Assembly (NCBI GenBank): GCA_965140445.1
Contig: OZ223236.1
Coordinates: forward strand, 4,256,001-4,320,000
Source of the DNA: Candidatus Ozemobacteraceae bacterium
Lineage (GTDB): Bacteria; Muiribacteriota; Ozemobacteria; Ozemobacterales; Ozemobacteraceae
DNA length: 64,000 nt
Reading direction: 5' to 3'
Shown piece by piece: positions 48,396 through 57,953 of the stretch. The translations under genes and the position numbers were made by a program. The notes under the pieces were generated by a model. The model was not told the DNA's origin, made no database searches, and saw nothing but the letters and a program-made list of their open reading frames with translations. Every line of letters begins with the position of its first letter. The stretch's first letter is position 1.

Positions 48396-49217
48396 ATGCT
48401 TAAGAAAAATAAAACCATATCTGTAATTATGGGACTTTTTATAGTCGCAACCCTTCTGATGGGTGCCGCTATTCGAAAAACTCCGGTTAGAAGTAAGTCC
48501 GATACGATTCCAAAAGGAAGACCTTACTACGAAGCAATGTTTCAGGATGGAGTATTGCGAATTGCGGTCTTCTGGGGATGGGATCATCCAAGAGAAACCA
48601 TTATGGGATCTTTCCCGGCATTTGAAACTTTAAATGGAAAACACCTTTATTACAAAGGTCGACCAATTAAAATTGAAATCGGGATGATTACACAGATTAA
48701 CCAAAATCCCAAAAGCATATTTAAACAAGCACTCGAGGATAAAACAATCGACGTGGTTATATACTCAGGGCATGCCAGGTATGGCGGCGGAATGGCTTTT
48801 GAAACCATGAACGACATATTCAAAAGCGGCAATGGTGACCTTGTTGAAGATCGACATACAAAACCATTCAGAGTCTACAGAGCAACTTCAGAGGATTTAG
48901 ACTCTACTAATTTCCCCGAAAGCTATAGAATCATAATGCTCAATTGCTGTGATTCAGAGGGACATTTCAGGAAAAGCTGGACAAAAAGATTTAAGGCCTG
49001 CAATGCTCCGATAGATCTTTTAACCGTAGAATACCCTGTTTTTAACCTGTATGATAACTATAGAGTTTTGAATCTATTACAGGATCTGCTTGCCTTTGCT
49101 GATTGGAAAACCATAAAGAAGCATTATGACTCACAAATTCATAAAAGAAAAAACAGATTGATCATTAAACCGGTTTTTACAGATAACAATCATGAACTTT
49201 CAGCAAGAAGCCACTAA
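48396..49217 (+). CDS. Exported hypothetical protein, possible caspase/gingipain-like (clan CD) fold
   Basis: Signal anchor; VVIYSGHARYGGG and IIMLNCCDS. Confidence 0.6.
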   Translation: MLKKNKTISVIMGLFIVATLLMGAAIRKTPVRSKSDTIPKGRPYYEAMFQDGVLRIAVFWGWDHPRETIMGSFPAFETLNGKHLYYKGRPIKIEIGMITQINQNPKSIFKQALEDKTIDVVIYSGHARYGGGMAFETMNDIFKSGNGDLVEDRHTKPFRVYRATSEDLDSTNFPESYRIIMLNCCDSEGHFRKSWTKRFKACNAPIDLLTVEYPVFNLYDNYRVLNLLQDLLAFADWKTIKKHYDSQIHKRKNRLIIKPVFTDNNHELSARSH

Positions 49218-49280
49218 TTTTTAATTTACTGCTCTCCTTAGATTGAAGAAAAATCGTTTTTGCGGTACACTGCTCTAAGA

Positions 49281-50285
49281 ATGAAGCAGAACAGACTATA
49301 CTATGTGATTTTTGGTTTTTTTTTGGTCCTCATTTGCGGAACCTTTACCTACCGCATAATTGAAGGGCCCCATTGGTCATTACTAGATGGTCTGTTCATG
49401 ACTGTAATCACAATGTTTACGGTTGGTTATGCTGAAGTACACCCTTTATCAGACTATGGCAGAGTCTTCACAATCTTTTTGATTTTTACAGGAGGCGGTT
49501 TCATTGCTTATATTGCCTCTTCTTTTGCGCAGTTAATTTTCGAAGGAAAACTGAGGGAAATTTGGGGGCTAAAACGAATGCGAGACAAAATTAATGACCT
49601 TGAGAAACACTATATTATTTGCGGCGCGGGGAAAACTTCTGCGGAAATTATAAAAAGCCTCGGGCATACATCTCCAAAACAATTCGTGGTAATTGATATT
49701 AATCGCGCAACCATTCAAAAGCTTCAGGAAGAAGATGTTTTTGCGATTGTTGGTGACGCAACCCTTGATGACACACTCATTGAAGCAGGGTTAGAAAAGG
49801 CCGCAGGCCTGGTTTCTGCTCTACCAACAGACGCCGACAACGTTTTTGTTACACTAACCGCAAGAGGCATAAACAACGATGTAATGATTGTTGCAAAAGC
49901 AGAAAAAATCGAAAGTATCGCCAAACTCCGAAGAGCTGGCGCAAACAAGGTTGTTTCCCCCAACATTATCGCTGGAGCCAGAATGGCCGCCATGATTCAC
50001 CGCCCATCTGTAGTAGATTTCATGGATGCTGCAATGGCAGGTGACAATCAGGCTATGCAAATGGAAGAATTCCGGGTGCAAAAAAAATCATTTCTCGATG
50101 AAAAAGCTCTTAAAGATGCGGAAATTCGCCAAAGATCAGGCGCAATAATTGTTGCGGTTCGCAGAGACAATGAAACCATTATTAATCCGGAACCAGGATA
50201 CGTTTTCGAAGGCTGCGATATCCTCGTTGTGTTGGGAACCAAAGAACAGATTTCTAATTTTCAGAAATTAACCAAATCAGTTTAA
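49281..50285 (+). CDS. Potassium channel protein with TrkA-N/TrkA-C (RCK) domains
   Basis: Two TM plus pore TVGYAE; HYIICGAG, GDAT, DADNVFV.LTAR, TrkA-C GAIIVAVRR. Confidence 0.9.
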   Translation: MKQNRLYYVIFGFFLVLICGTFTYRIIEGPHWSLLDGLFMTVITMFTVGYAEVHPLSDYGRVFTIFLIFTGGGFIAYIASSFAQLIFEGKLREIWGLKRMRDKINDLEKHYIICGAGKTSAEIIKSLGHTSPKQFVVIDINRATIQKLQEEDVFAIVGDATLDDTLIEAGLEKAAGLVSALPTDADNVFVTLTARGINNDVMIVAKAEKIESIAKLRRAGANKVVSPNIIAGARMAAMIHRPSVVDFMDAAMAGDNQAMQMEEFRVQKKSFLDEKALKDAEIRQRSGAIIVAVRRDNETIINPEPGYVFEGCDILVVLGTKEQISNFQKLTKSV

Positions 50286-50328
50286 AAAAATAGAAAAGAC
50301 AGATGTTTACTGTCACTTAAGGGGGCAT

Positions 50329-53300
50329 ATGAAAAGGAAACTTGGGATTTTTGTAATTTTTTTTCACTTATGTTTTATTAACGGCGCATTTGCTGGAGAC
50401 AAAGTTCTCAACCAGATTCGCAATTTAATTGATCGAACCAATAATAATTTTGTGCAATCACAACAAGTGCAAAGCGATGATTTAGTTGGTTATCAATCAA
50501 ACAATCTTGTAAATCAACAAAACTATATTAGCAACCAGACCCGCGAAACAGAAAAATTTAGAAATTACAGCGATAATCCAAAATTTACCAGACCTGTACC
50601 TCAGAAAAGCAAAAAAGACTTTACTACCATAAAAACCCTTGTTCCCTACGAAGACCTGTACAAGGTTCTTCAAAAGGATATTGGAAAATATTTCATACTT
50701 CCGATAGATGAATTTGAAGCCCTGAAAAAAGCAAAGGAAGATTGGATAAAAGCAAATTCCGGCGAAGAAAAAGTAGCCCCTCCCCTCCTTTATCGAATCA
50801 ATACTGCCCAATTAACCGGTAAGCTTGATGAAAACTTCGCCAAAATCCACTCTACTTTTAAAATTGAAACATTTACTGACGATTGGCACGAGATTCCTGT
50901 TATGTGGGGAAGTATCGCCATAGAATCAGTCAAATTAAATGGCAAAAATACAACTCTCAAATCAAATTGGCTCAGCAACACAAACCGTCAGGTTACATTT
51001 GGCAAACTAAGTCAGCAGAACATATTGCAAAACGTGTATCAAGCTCCTGGAGCTATGAATGATATTTTGAGCCAGGATAACTGGAAAGACGCCATCTTTT
51101 CCCTTCCAATCAAAGGAAAAGGAATTTTCGAGGTTGAAATTTCCTTCATGGTGCCAATCCAAAATCAGGATGACTTATATACCCTTCAGTTCAGTCTCTC
51201 CCGAATACCACTGACGTTTTTAAAACTCGAAGTTGCCGACTTTACATTATCAATTGACAGCACAAGTTTCAGAGATTTTTCAATTGATCCTTACCCAAAT
51301 AACGCAGACGGTTGCTCGTTCATTGGTTGGCTAGGTGCGAACAGCGACCTGTATTTAAAATGGCGAAGAAAGTTCAGTAAGCCACAAAAGAAAGTTGCCG
51401 TTCAAAAAACCAAAGTTCAAAATCCTAAAGAAACCTCTGCCATTGCCTCAGAACCCGTAAAAGTTGAAGAAGTAAAACCCGTAATCCTACCTTTGGTTTA
51501 CTCCAGATCTCAAACACTTGTCAGCCTTGGCGAAACAGCTATTCAAGGCCATAAAACCATATATTACACCATCAGCAAAGCTCCTGTTTCAAGCTTCAGT
51601 TTTGCAATTCCCTCAAATGTAGAAATAGTAGAAGTTAACTCTGACAGGCCCCAAACCCATCGCCTTATTCGTGAAGGAAAAGAAAAAAGACTTAGGGTAG
51701 ATTTTCTCGCAGGCCGTGAAGATTCCTGTCGAATAGAAATCGCCTATGAAGCCCCGGTTGATCTTTCGCAAAAACTCCTTAAGATTCCTGAAATTTTCCC
51801 GGTAAATGTTGAAAGAGAGCTTGGCACCCTTGCAATAGAAGCACTCACATCTGTAGAGGTGCAGCCCGGAAACAATGAAGATTCACCTCTAAACAAAGGA
51901 GTCTACTCTTTAGACCCGCTTGAAGTGCCTCAGCCGCTAAAGAAACGAGCAGTAAGACCTCTTTTGCTCGCTTACAGGCAAAATACAAGCCCGGCCAATA
52001 TTCTGATATCTGTCAAAAGATACCAGGATGTTCCTCAGCAAACTGTTGTTGCAGATAGTATGGAAGTAAAAACAACTTTCACAACAAACAAAACCAGCAA
52101 CACCCTGCTCAATATGAAAATCAGAAATAACAACAAACAGTATCTGCAGCTTCAACTTAGCTCTGGAACAGAAGTTATTTCTGCCTTCAGAAGCGGAAAA
52201 CCAGTAAAGTTGGTTGCAGGTAAAAATGATGGAAAAGTCCAGATCCCACTTGAAATGAGTCAATCGGTTGGAAGCCCTGTGGAAATGAATCTTCAGGTTC
52301 TTTTAAAACAACCGGTAGAAGAAATGAAATGGCATGGAAAGCTGGACTTTGTACCACCAATGGTTGATATTCCAGTTTCAAGGTTCAGCTGGTATCTGTA
52401 TGCCCCTGAACAATATAAGCTATTTGATTTCTCTGGAACCGTTAAAGACAATTACACAAGAAAAGACCCCTTCTTCTTCCGCGGTTTTATGACGCTTCTT
52501 CACGCTGCGTGGAGTCTAATCTTAAACCCCGAATTGCTTTTTATCCTATTCTTCTTCGTTACTCTTTTTATGCTCTTTTTAGCACGCAATTTACTATTCA
52601 AGATCATCAAGGGTATTTGGGGATTAGTGGCAGGAATTTTCACTTACATATTTAGTGGAAAAGGTTTTCGACTGGCAGAGCTAATGATAGTTATGGCAAT
52701 CATTGGATTATTAGCAGCTATAGCCATACCGAACTTTAGAAAAGCCAGGGAACAAGGTCGCGAGAAAGCTTGCTACGCCAATATGCGCGTCTTACTAGGT
52801 GCCATGGAAATGTACAACATGGACAATTCTCCAATGATGAAAAGCCCGGACGAAGATAGACTTGTAAGAATGAAATTTTTAAAAAGCAATCTGAATAAAC
52901 CTGAACGAAATTGCAGATATTATTCTAATGGCGACGTTTCCGCAGGAGCTCCAATCATTTGTAGAGTTCATGGTGCAATAGATGATTCAGAACTGTCTAA
53001 TGGAATTGGCAGTGTTAACAACATAGCTTACGACAGTGACGAAAGCGTGTCATTTGAAGCCAAGTCCAGCAGGCAGCAATTTGCTAAAGGGGAAATGAAA
53101 AGAAAAGTAAGCGCTTCTGCTTCGTCACATAGACAAGACGCATACGGATTTGCCAAAGTCAAAGGCATGAAACCAATCAAAACAAAGTTTGTGATTACCC
53201 AGAATTATTATGCTCTTGAAAGAGATTTGATTATTCCTGAAATAGCCTCAAACGGAGCTTTGATTTTGAACCGCACCTGTCCTACAGTTACTGTAAATTA

Positions 53301-56049
53301 TGTAAAAACAATGGCTCTAAATGCAGCTTCAATCCTGGCTTTTATCCTTGCATTCTTCGGAGCGTTATATTTCGTCTCTGGTGCTTTCCTGAAATTCAAT
53401 TCCAAAATCACCTTTGCCGCAATAATTATGGTTGCACTATCCGTTTTGGATCTAAAGCTAAAGTCTATTGGAGACAGCGCAAACATCGGGCTCTGGCTTG
53501 CTATTGCCGGGGCAGTTGTATGGAAAATTTTCTGGTTGTTCTCCCAGATTGATTTTAAAAATTATGGAGGAGAAAAGCCTTCTTTTGATTCTCCGTTTAA
53601 TCCTTCTTTCGACCCATCAATTACTCCAGCTGTAAAACCAAAAAAGGCAAGTCCGGAAGTTTCTGTTAAAAAAATGAAAGACACAAACCCCACTGAGGAT
53701 AAAAATAACGAAGAAGAAACAAAAGTAGATAAAAGAGATGGTAAAACGTCCATTATACCTCTCATTTTCATCTTGTCTCTTTTCGTAATAGCGTCATCAA
53801 TAGCAGCTTTTGCAGCAGATGATGTTAGAGAAATCAGAATAATGGCTCCTTTCAAAGAGCTTTCTAAAGTAATTCCAACAGGCGATCGTGTAGTTATTAT
53901 TCCAGAAGAAGATTACAAATACCTCAAAGACGTCAAAAAACCGGATGAACCAGAAATTAATGCCCCACAAAACTATAGATTTGAGTCGGTTCATTACAAA
54001 GGAATTATCCAGGAAAAAGGAGTTCGCTTTCAGGCTGACTTCACTTTGGATCTCTTTAATAAGGGCTGGAAGAAAATTGGTCTGCTGACTTCTGATGCCG
54101 TTCCAACTTCTGCGAGTATAAACGGAATCCCATTAGCCCTTGGATTAATTGATTCAGAGCCATTTTCTTCTTATGGGTTCATGACAGATGCCACTGGAAC
54201 AAAAAATGTTTCCATAGACTTTTTTATTCCTATGGACTCTAGTGAGTACAGACATACCAGCAAGTTCAACCTGAAAACAATTCCTGTCTGCCTCTCAACC
54301 CTGGAAATTACTGCAAATGAAGAATCTTGCGAAGCCTGGATAGATCCTGGAGTATTGAGACCTGCAGAGAAAAAGGCTGGAAAAACTGTTTTTAAAGCAT
54401 TCCTTCCACCAACTTCTCAAGTAAGCTTTGAACTTTACAGAAATATTCCTGACCGAAAGCCGGAAATTAAAGCTGAAGAAACCGGGTCTTCAAATGATTC
54501 CTCAAATGCCACCATTAAGCCAGATAAACCTGTTCTTATTGAAGAAAAGACAAGAATCAGTGTCCGGGAATCAAACCTCCTTTACTTTAAAGAAGGCTTC
54601 TTAACCGGAACAAATGCTTACAAGCTAAAAATTAAAGGAGGAATGGGAATCGCCACATTCTCATTTGCTCTCCCTGGATCAATTAGAGTTTTAAAAGTTG
54701 AAAACAAACTAATTGAAGACTGGAAAAACGTTGAAAAAGATGGAGAAAACCAGCTTGATATAACATTTAAATCCAAAATCAGAGGCGAAACTCAAATCAA
54801 TATCGAGTTCGAAGAAGATATCTCCAATTTAAAGGATGAGAATTTTCAGATTTCAGAAATCGTTCCTTTAAATGTTGAGCAATCATTTGGTGTATTAGGA
54901 ATTGGTTGTCTTCAGACCTTAGAAGTTTCAGTGGCAGATACCCCGGAAGGCTTCTCGCCAATTATTGCCGCAGAATTTCTTAAAGACTGGAAGCTTGGAA
55001 ACCCTGAAAAAACACCTTACGCTTTCAAGTTTCTTCGCCATCCAAACAAGTTGATATTGAACATTACCCGTCCGGAAGATATTGGGCAACAAACCGCTGT
55101 CATTGACAGGGCTGAAGCAATGTCCCTGTTAAATGAAGATGGCTACCTTCTCACAAGGATTGTTTATGAAGTTAGAAACAATTCTCAGCAGTTCTTGAAA
55201 GTAAAACTTCCAAAAATCAGCAGTGAAACAACTGAGCTATGGAGCACTCAAGTAGCAGGAATGGCTGTCAGAGCTGGCTTTGACAACGATTTCGGTGTTT
55301 ATAACTTACCCATAGTTAGATCCCCTATCATTGGCGGAGAATCTCAATCATTCCCGGTAGAAATAGTTTATGCCATAAAAACCAGAGAGCCACTTAAAGC
55401 GGTTAACAAGCTTTATGTTGAGCTACCTCAGGCGCATCTTCCGGTGAGCGAGTTAAACTGGCTGCTCTATTTACCAGAGGGATATGAACTGATGAAGGAA
55501 ACTGGAAATCTGGACAGACAGATTAACACAGGCGTTCAGCAAAAATTCCTGAACAACTCGTCCTATTTCAGCTCCCTGTCATCAATTAAAGACAACTCCA
55601 GAAAGAAAGTAAGCTACAACCAAAAGCCAAACCGTCAGCAAGACAGGGTTTTTGGCATGGCTGGACTTCTTCCGGTTAAATTTAAAATTCCAACAACCAA
55701 CTGGTCAACTGCATTTAAAATGCTTCAAATTGAACCGGATGGAAAAGCACCTCACATAGAAGGAATCCTCTTAAATCCAAGAAAAGGCAAAGGCTTTGCT
55801 TTCCAGATTCTTATGATTTTCATAGGATGTATGGCTGGCCTTGGTTTAATTAAAATGCTTACTGGCCAACAGAAACATTTGTGGTTCCTCTTTATGGTAT
55901 TAATGAGCTCTCTGGTTGCTTTATCCGTCTATTTGAAGCTTTATCAAGCAGACTACTTTGCTCAGATGGGATTCTCAGCTCTTCTCATAACCTACATTCT
56001 ATTCAAGTTTTTTGCTTACCGACCTGAAAAAAATGAGGATAAAAAATAG
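50329..56049 (+). CDS. 1906-aa multi-pass protein with two homologous extracytoplasmic modules and an internal type IV pilin domain
   Basis: N-terminal signal peptide; KG|FRLAELMIVMAIIGLLAAIAIPNF at codon 780; duplicated motifs in both halves; several TM blocks. Confidence 0.85.
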   Translation: MKRKLGIFVIFFHLCFINGAFAGDKVLNQIRNLIDRTNNNFVQSQQVQSDDLVGYQSNNLVNQQNYISNQTRETEKFRNYSDNPKFTRPVPQKSKKDFTTIKTLVPYEDLYKVLQKDIGKYFILPIDEFEALKKAKEDWIKANSGEEKVAPPLLYRINTAQLTGKLDENFAKIHSTFKIETFTDDWHEIPVMWGSIAIESVKLNGKNTTLKSNWLSNTNRQVTFGKLSQQNILQNVYQAPGAMNDILSQDNWKDAIFSLPIKGKGIFEVEISFMVPIQNQDDLYTLQFSLSRIPLTFLKLEVADFTLSIDSTSFRDFSIDPYPNNADGCSFIGWLGANSDLYLKWRRKFSKPQKKVAVQKTKVQNPKETSAIASEPVKVEEVKPVILPLVYSRSQTLVSLGETAIQGHKTIYYTISKAPVSSFSFAIPSNVEIVEVNSDRPQTHRLIREGKEKRLRVDFLAGREDSCRIEIAYEAPVDLSQKLLKIPEIFPVNVERELGTLAIEALTSVEVQPGNNEDSPLNKGVYSLDPLEVPQPLKKRAVRPLLLAYRQNTSPANILISVKRYQDVPQQTVVADSMEVKTTFTTNKTSNTLLNMKIRNNNKQYLQLQLSSGTEVISAFRSGKPVKLVAGKNDGKVQIPLEMSQSVGSPVEMNLQVLLKQPVEEMKWHGKLDFVPPMVDIPVSRFSWYLYAPEQYKLFDFSGTVKDNYTRKDPFFFRGFMTLLHAAWSLILNPELLFILFFFVTLFMLFLARNLLFKIIKGIWGLVAGIFTYIFSGKGFRLAELMIVMAIIGLLAAIAIPNFRKAREQGREKACYANMRVLLGAMEMYNMDNSPMMKSPDEDRLVRMKFLKSNLNKPERNCRYYSNGDVSAGAPIICRVHGAIDDSELSNGIGSVNNIAYDSDESVSFEAKSSRQQFAKGEMKRKVSASASSHRQDAYGFAKVKGMKPIKTKFVITQNYYALERDLIIPEIASNGALILNRTCPTVTVNYVKTMALNAASILAFILAFFGALYFVSGAFLKFNSKITFAAIIMVALSVLDLKLKSIGDSANIGLWLAIAGAVVWKIFWLFSQIDFKNYGGEKPSFDSPFNPSFDPSITPAVKPKKASPEVSVKKMKDTNPTEDKNNEEETKVDKRDGKTSIIPLIFILSLFVIASSIAAFAADDVREIRIMAPFKELSKVIPTGDRVVIIPEEDYKYLKDVKKPDEPEINAPQNYRFESVHYKGIIQEKGVRFQADFTLDLFNKGWKKIGLLTSDAVPTSASINGIPLALGLIDSEPFSSYGFMTDATGTKNVSIDFFIPMDSSEYRHTSKFNLKTIPVCLSTLEITANEESCEAWIDPGVLRPAEKKAGKTVFKAFLPPTSQVSFELYRNIPDRKPEIKAEETGSSNDSSNATIKPDKPVLIEEKTRISVRESNLLYFKEGFLTGTNAYKLKIKGGMGIATFSFALPGSIRVLKVENKLIEDWKNVEKDGENQLDITFKSKIRGETQINIEFEEDISNLKDENFQISEIVPLNVEQSFGVLGIGCLQTLEVSVADTPEGFSPIIAAEFLKDWKLGNPEKTPYAFKFLRHPNKLILNITRPEDIGQQTAVIDRAEAMSLLNEDGYLLTRIVYEVRNNSQQFLKVKLPKISSETTELWSTQVAGMAVRAGFDNDFGVYNLPIVRSPIIGGESQSFPVEIVYAIKTREPLKAVNKLYVELPQAHLPVSELNWLLYLPEGYELMKETGNLDRQINTGVQQKFLNNSSYFSSLSSIKDNSRKKVSYNQKPNRQQDRVFGMAGLLPVKFKIPTTNWSTAFKMLQIEPDGKAPHIEGILLNPRKGKGFAFQILMIFIGCMAGLGLIKMLTGQQKHLWFLFMVLMSSLVALSVYLKLYQADYFAQMGFSALLITYILFKFFAYRPEKNEDKK

Positions 56050-56059
56050 GAAATAATTA

Positions 56060-56767
56060 ATGACAAATACATCCCTGATAAGCAAATCTACTGGAGCTAA
56101 AAAAGAAGCCTGGAAAGGCATGCTTCTACCATTAATAATGTTTCTGGTAGCAATCTATTTCTGGGAATCAACAGTAGTTTTGCCTATAAAATACCTCACG
56201 GTGTTTTTTCATGAGCTTTCTCATGGATTGGCTGCCATCTTAACCGGAGGCTCAATTGAAAGAATTGAGCTAAATGCTAATCAAGGTGGAGTTTGCTGGA
56301 CCCGTGGAGGAATACGCTTTATAGTCGTATCAGCAGGATACCTTGGAAGTCTGGTTTGGGGAGCGGCTATCCTTATGTTTGCCGTAACCTCTAACCATGA
56401 CAGAAAAGCTGTTGCTGGCCTTGGAATCCTTTTATTAGCAGTAACTCTCCTATGGGTTAGAAACCTCTTTGGAATAGGTCTATGCATAGCAACAGGCCTC
56501 GCCCTTCTTGGCATGGCAAAGTATGCTACAGATTTTGTCTGCGACCAGTTCCTAAAGTTCCTCGGATTAACTTCCTGTTTCTATGTTTTGCTGGATATTA
56601 AATCAGACCTGATAGACCGTTCAATCAGTTGTTCTGACGCATCAAAGCTGGCAGAAATGATGGTTGGAAGTGCAAGCCTTGGCTGGCTGGTAGGAGGAGT
56701 ATGGCTTCTAATAGCCGCCTTTATTACCTGGAAAGCCCTTGTATTTTCATTTAATCACCAAAGCTAA
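56060..56767 (+). CDS. M50B-like intramembrane metallopeptidase
   Basis: FFHELSHG..A.LTGG, SAGYLG, SDA..LA; multi-TM. Confidence 0.85.
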   Translation: MTNTSLISKSTGAKKEAWKGMLLPLIMFLVAIYFWESTVVLPIKYLTVFFHELSHGLAAILTGGSIERIELNANQGGVCWTRGGIRFIVVSAGYLGSLVWGAAILMFAVTSNHDRKAVAGLGILLLAVTLLWVRNLFGIGLCIATGLALLGMAKYATDFVCDQFLKFLGLTSCFYVLLDIKSDLIDRSISCSDASKLAEMMVGSASLGWLVGGVWLLIAAFITWKALVFSFNHQS

Positions 56768-56785
56768 CCATGCAATAAAATACAC

Positions 56786-56823
56786 AAAAAAGGGGCCGCC
56801 TCCTATGAGACGGCCCCTTTTTT
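56786..56823. terminator. Bidirectional intrinsic terminator
   Basis: A6-GGGGCCG...CGGCCCC-T6 between convergent genes. Confidence 0.85.
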
Positions 56824-56833
56824 ATATTAAAAA

Positions 56834-57856
56834 TTAATCGCCACTTAGAGCATTGAAAACGCCACCCAGGACAGAACCTTCGCCCTGGCTTTTCTTTCCA
56901 GTTTGTGGAGCAGCTTCATGAATTCTGCCGGCAAGTCTTGAGAAAGGAAGTGATTGGAGCCAGATTCTTCCAGGACCTTTCATGGTCGCAAGAAACAAAC
57001 CTTCTCCACCAAATACTGCATTTTTTATTCCCTTAACCATTTCGATATCACATTGAACACCAGATTGATATGCAACGATACAGCCTGTATCAACCTTTAC
57101 AACTTCACCAGGAGCAAGTTCTCTCGTGTAGATTGATCCACCGGCGTGACAAAACACAAGGCCATCGCCTTCTAACTTCTGCATAATAAAGCCTTCGCCG
57201 CCAAAAAAGCCCATTCCAAGTTTTTTCTGCAATTCAATTCCTACAGAAACCCCTTTAGCTCCACACAAAAACGAATCTTTCTGGCATACCAGCTTTCCAT
57301 TAACATCCCGCAAATCAATTGCAATAATCTTTCCTGGAAAAGGACCACCAAAGGCGACTTTAGCTTTTCCGGAACCTTTGTGAGTAAAAACCGTCATAAA
57401 AAGGCTTTCTCCGGTCAAAAGGCGTTTCCCGGCCCCGGCAATCTTGCCCCATAATCCAGTTTGCTCTTTAGAACCATCTCCAAAAATGGTTTCCATTTCC
57501 ACGCTGGCATCCATATACATCATCGCCCCAGCTTCGGCAACAACAGATTCATTTGGGTCCAGTTCCACTTCAACAAATTGCAGATCATCACCAAAAACAC
57601 AAAAATCAACCTCATCAGCCTGAGAAGGTGCACCACGGTCTGCAGGTATTGGCGGCATGAAAGCACTACTTCCAAGATCACCAGCGAAATCAGTAATATT
57701 GCTGATTGGTGTCCACGAGTCTGTAACCCCTTCACTGTAAGCCATTGTATTTTTGTTCACAGACCCGCTTTGTAACTTATTAATAATATCTTCGCGACCC
57801 ATTGGCCCCTGAGCCTGACCAGCGACAGCTAAATACCACATTTTTGCGTCTGACAT
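56834..57856 (-). CDS. GYF_2 (DUF4339) plus TIGR00266/AIM24 family protein
   Basis: GGAGG before MSDAK; WY...G...GP; G.DLQFVEVELDP.ESV.AEAGAMMY, GGEGFIMQ, VDTGC, LQSLPFSRLA. Confidence 0.88.
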   Translation of the reverse strand: MSDAKMWYLAVAGQAQGPMGREDIINKLQSGSVNKNTMAYSEGVTDSWTPISNITDFAGDLGSSAFMPPIPADRGAPSQADEVDFCVFGDDLQFVEVELDPNESVVAEAGAMMYMDASVEMETIFGDGSKEQTGLWGKIAGAGKRLLTGESLFMTVFTHKGSGKAKVAFGGPFPGKIIAIDLRDVNGKLVCQKDSFLCGAKGVSVGIELQKKLGMGFFGGEGFIMQKLEGDGLVFCHAGGSIYTRELAPGEVVKVDTGCIVAYQSGVQCDIEMVKGIKNAVFGGEGLFLATMKGPGRIWLQSLPFSRLAGRIHEAAPQTGKKSQGEGSVLGGVFNALSGD

Positions 57857-57953
57857 TTTATCCTCCAAAATTTGTTCTTTTAACCATTTATCGGATATAT
57901 TAGAATTCATTGGGACTTTATGTAAAGACTTAAATCAAAATTGTGAGTGAAAA

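Noticed and set aside
49410..49445. K+ channel filter TVGYA instead of TVGYG
   Set aside because: Variation at this position is common in two-TM RCK channels; not enough to claim altered selectivity.
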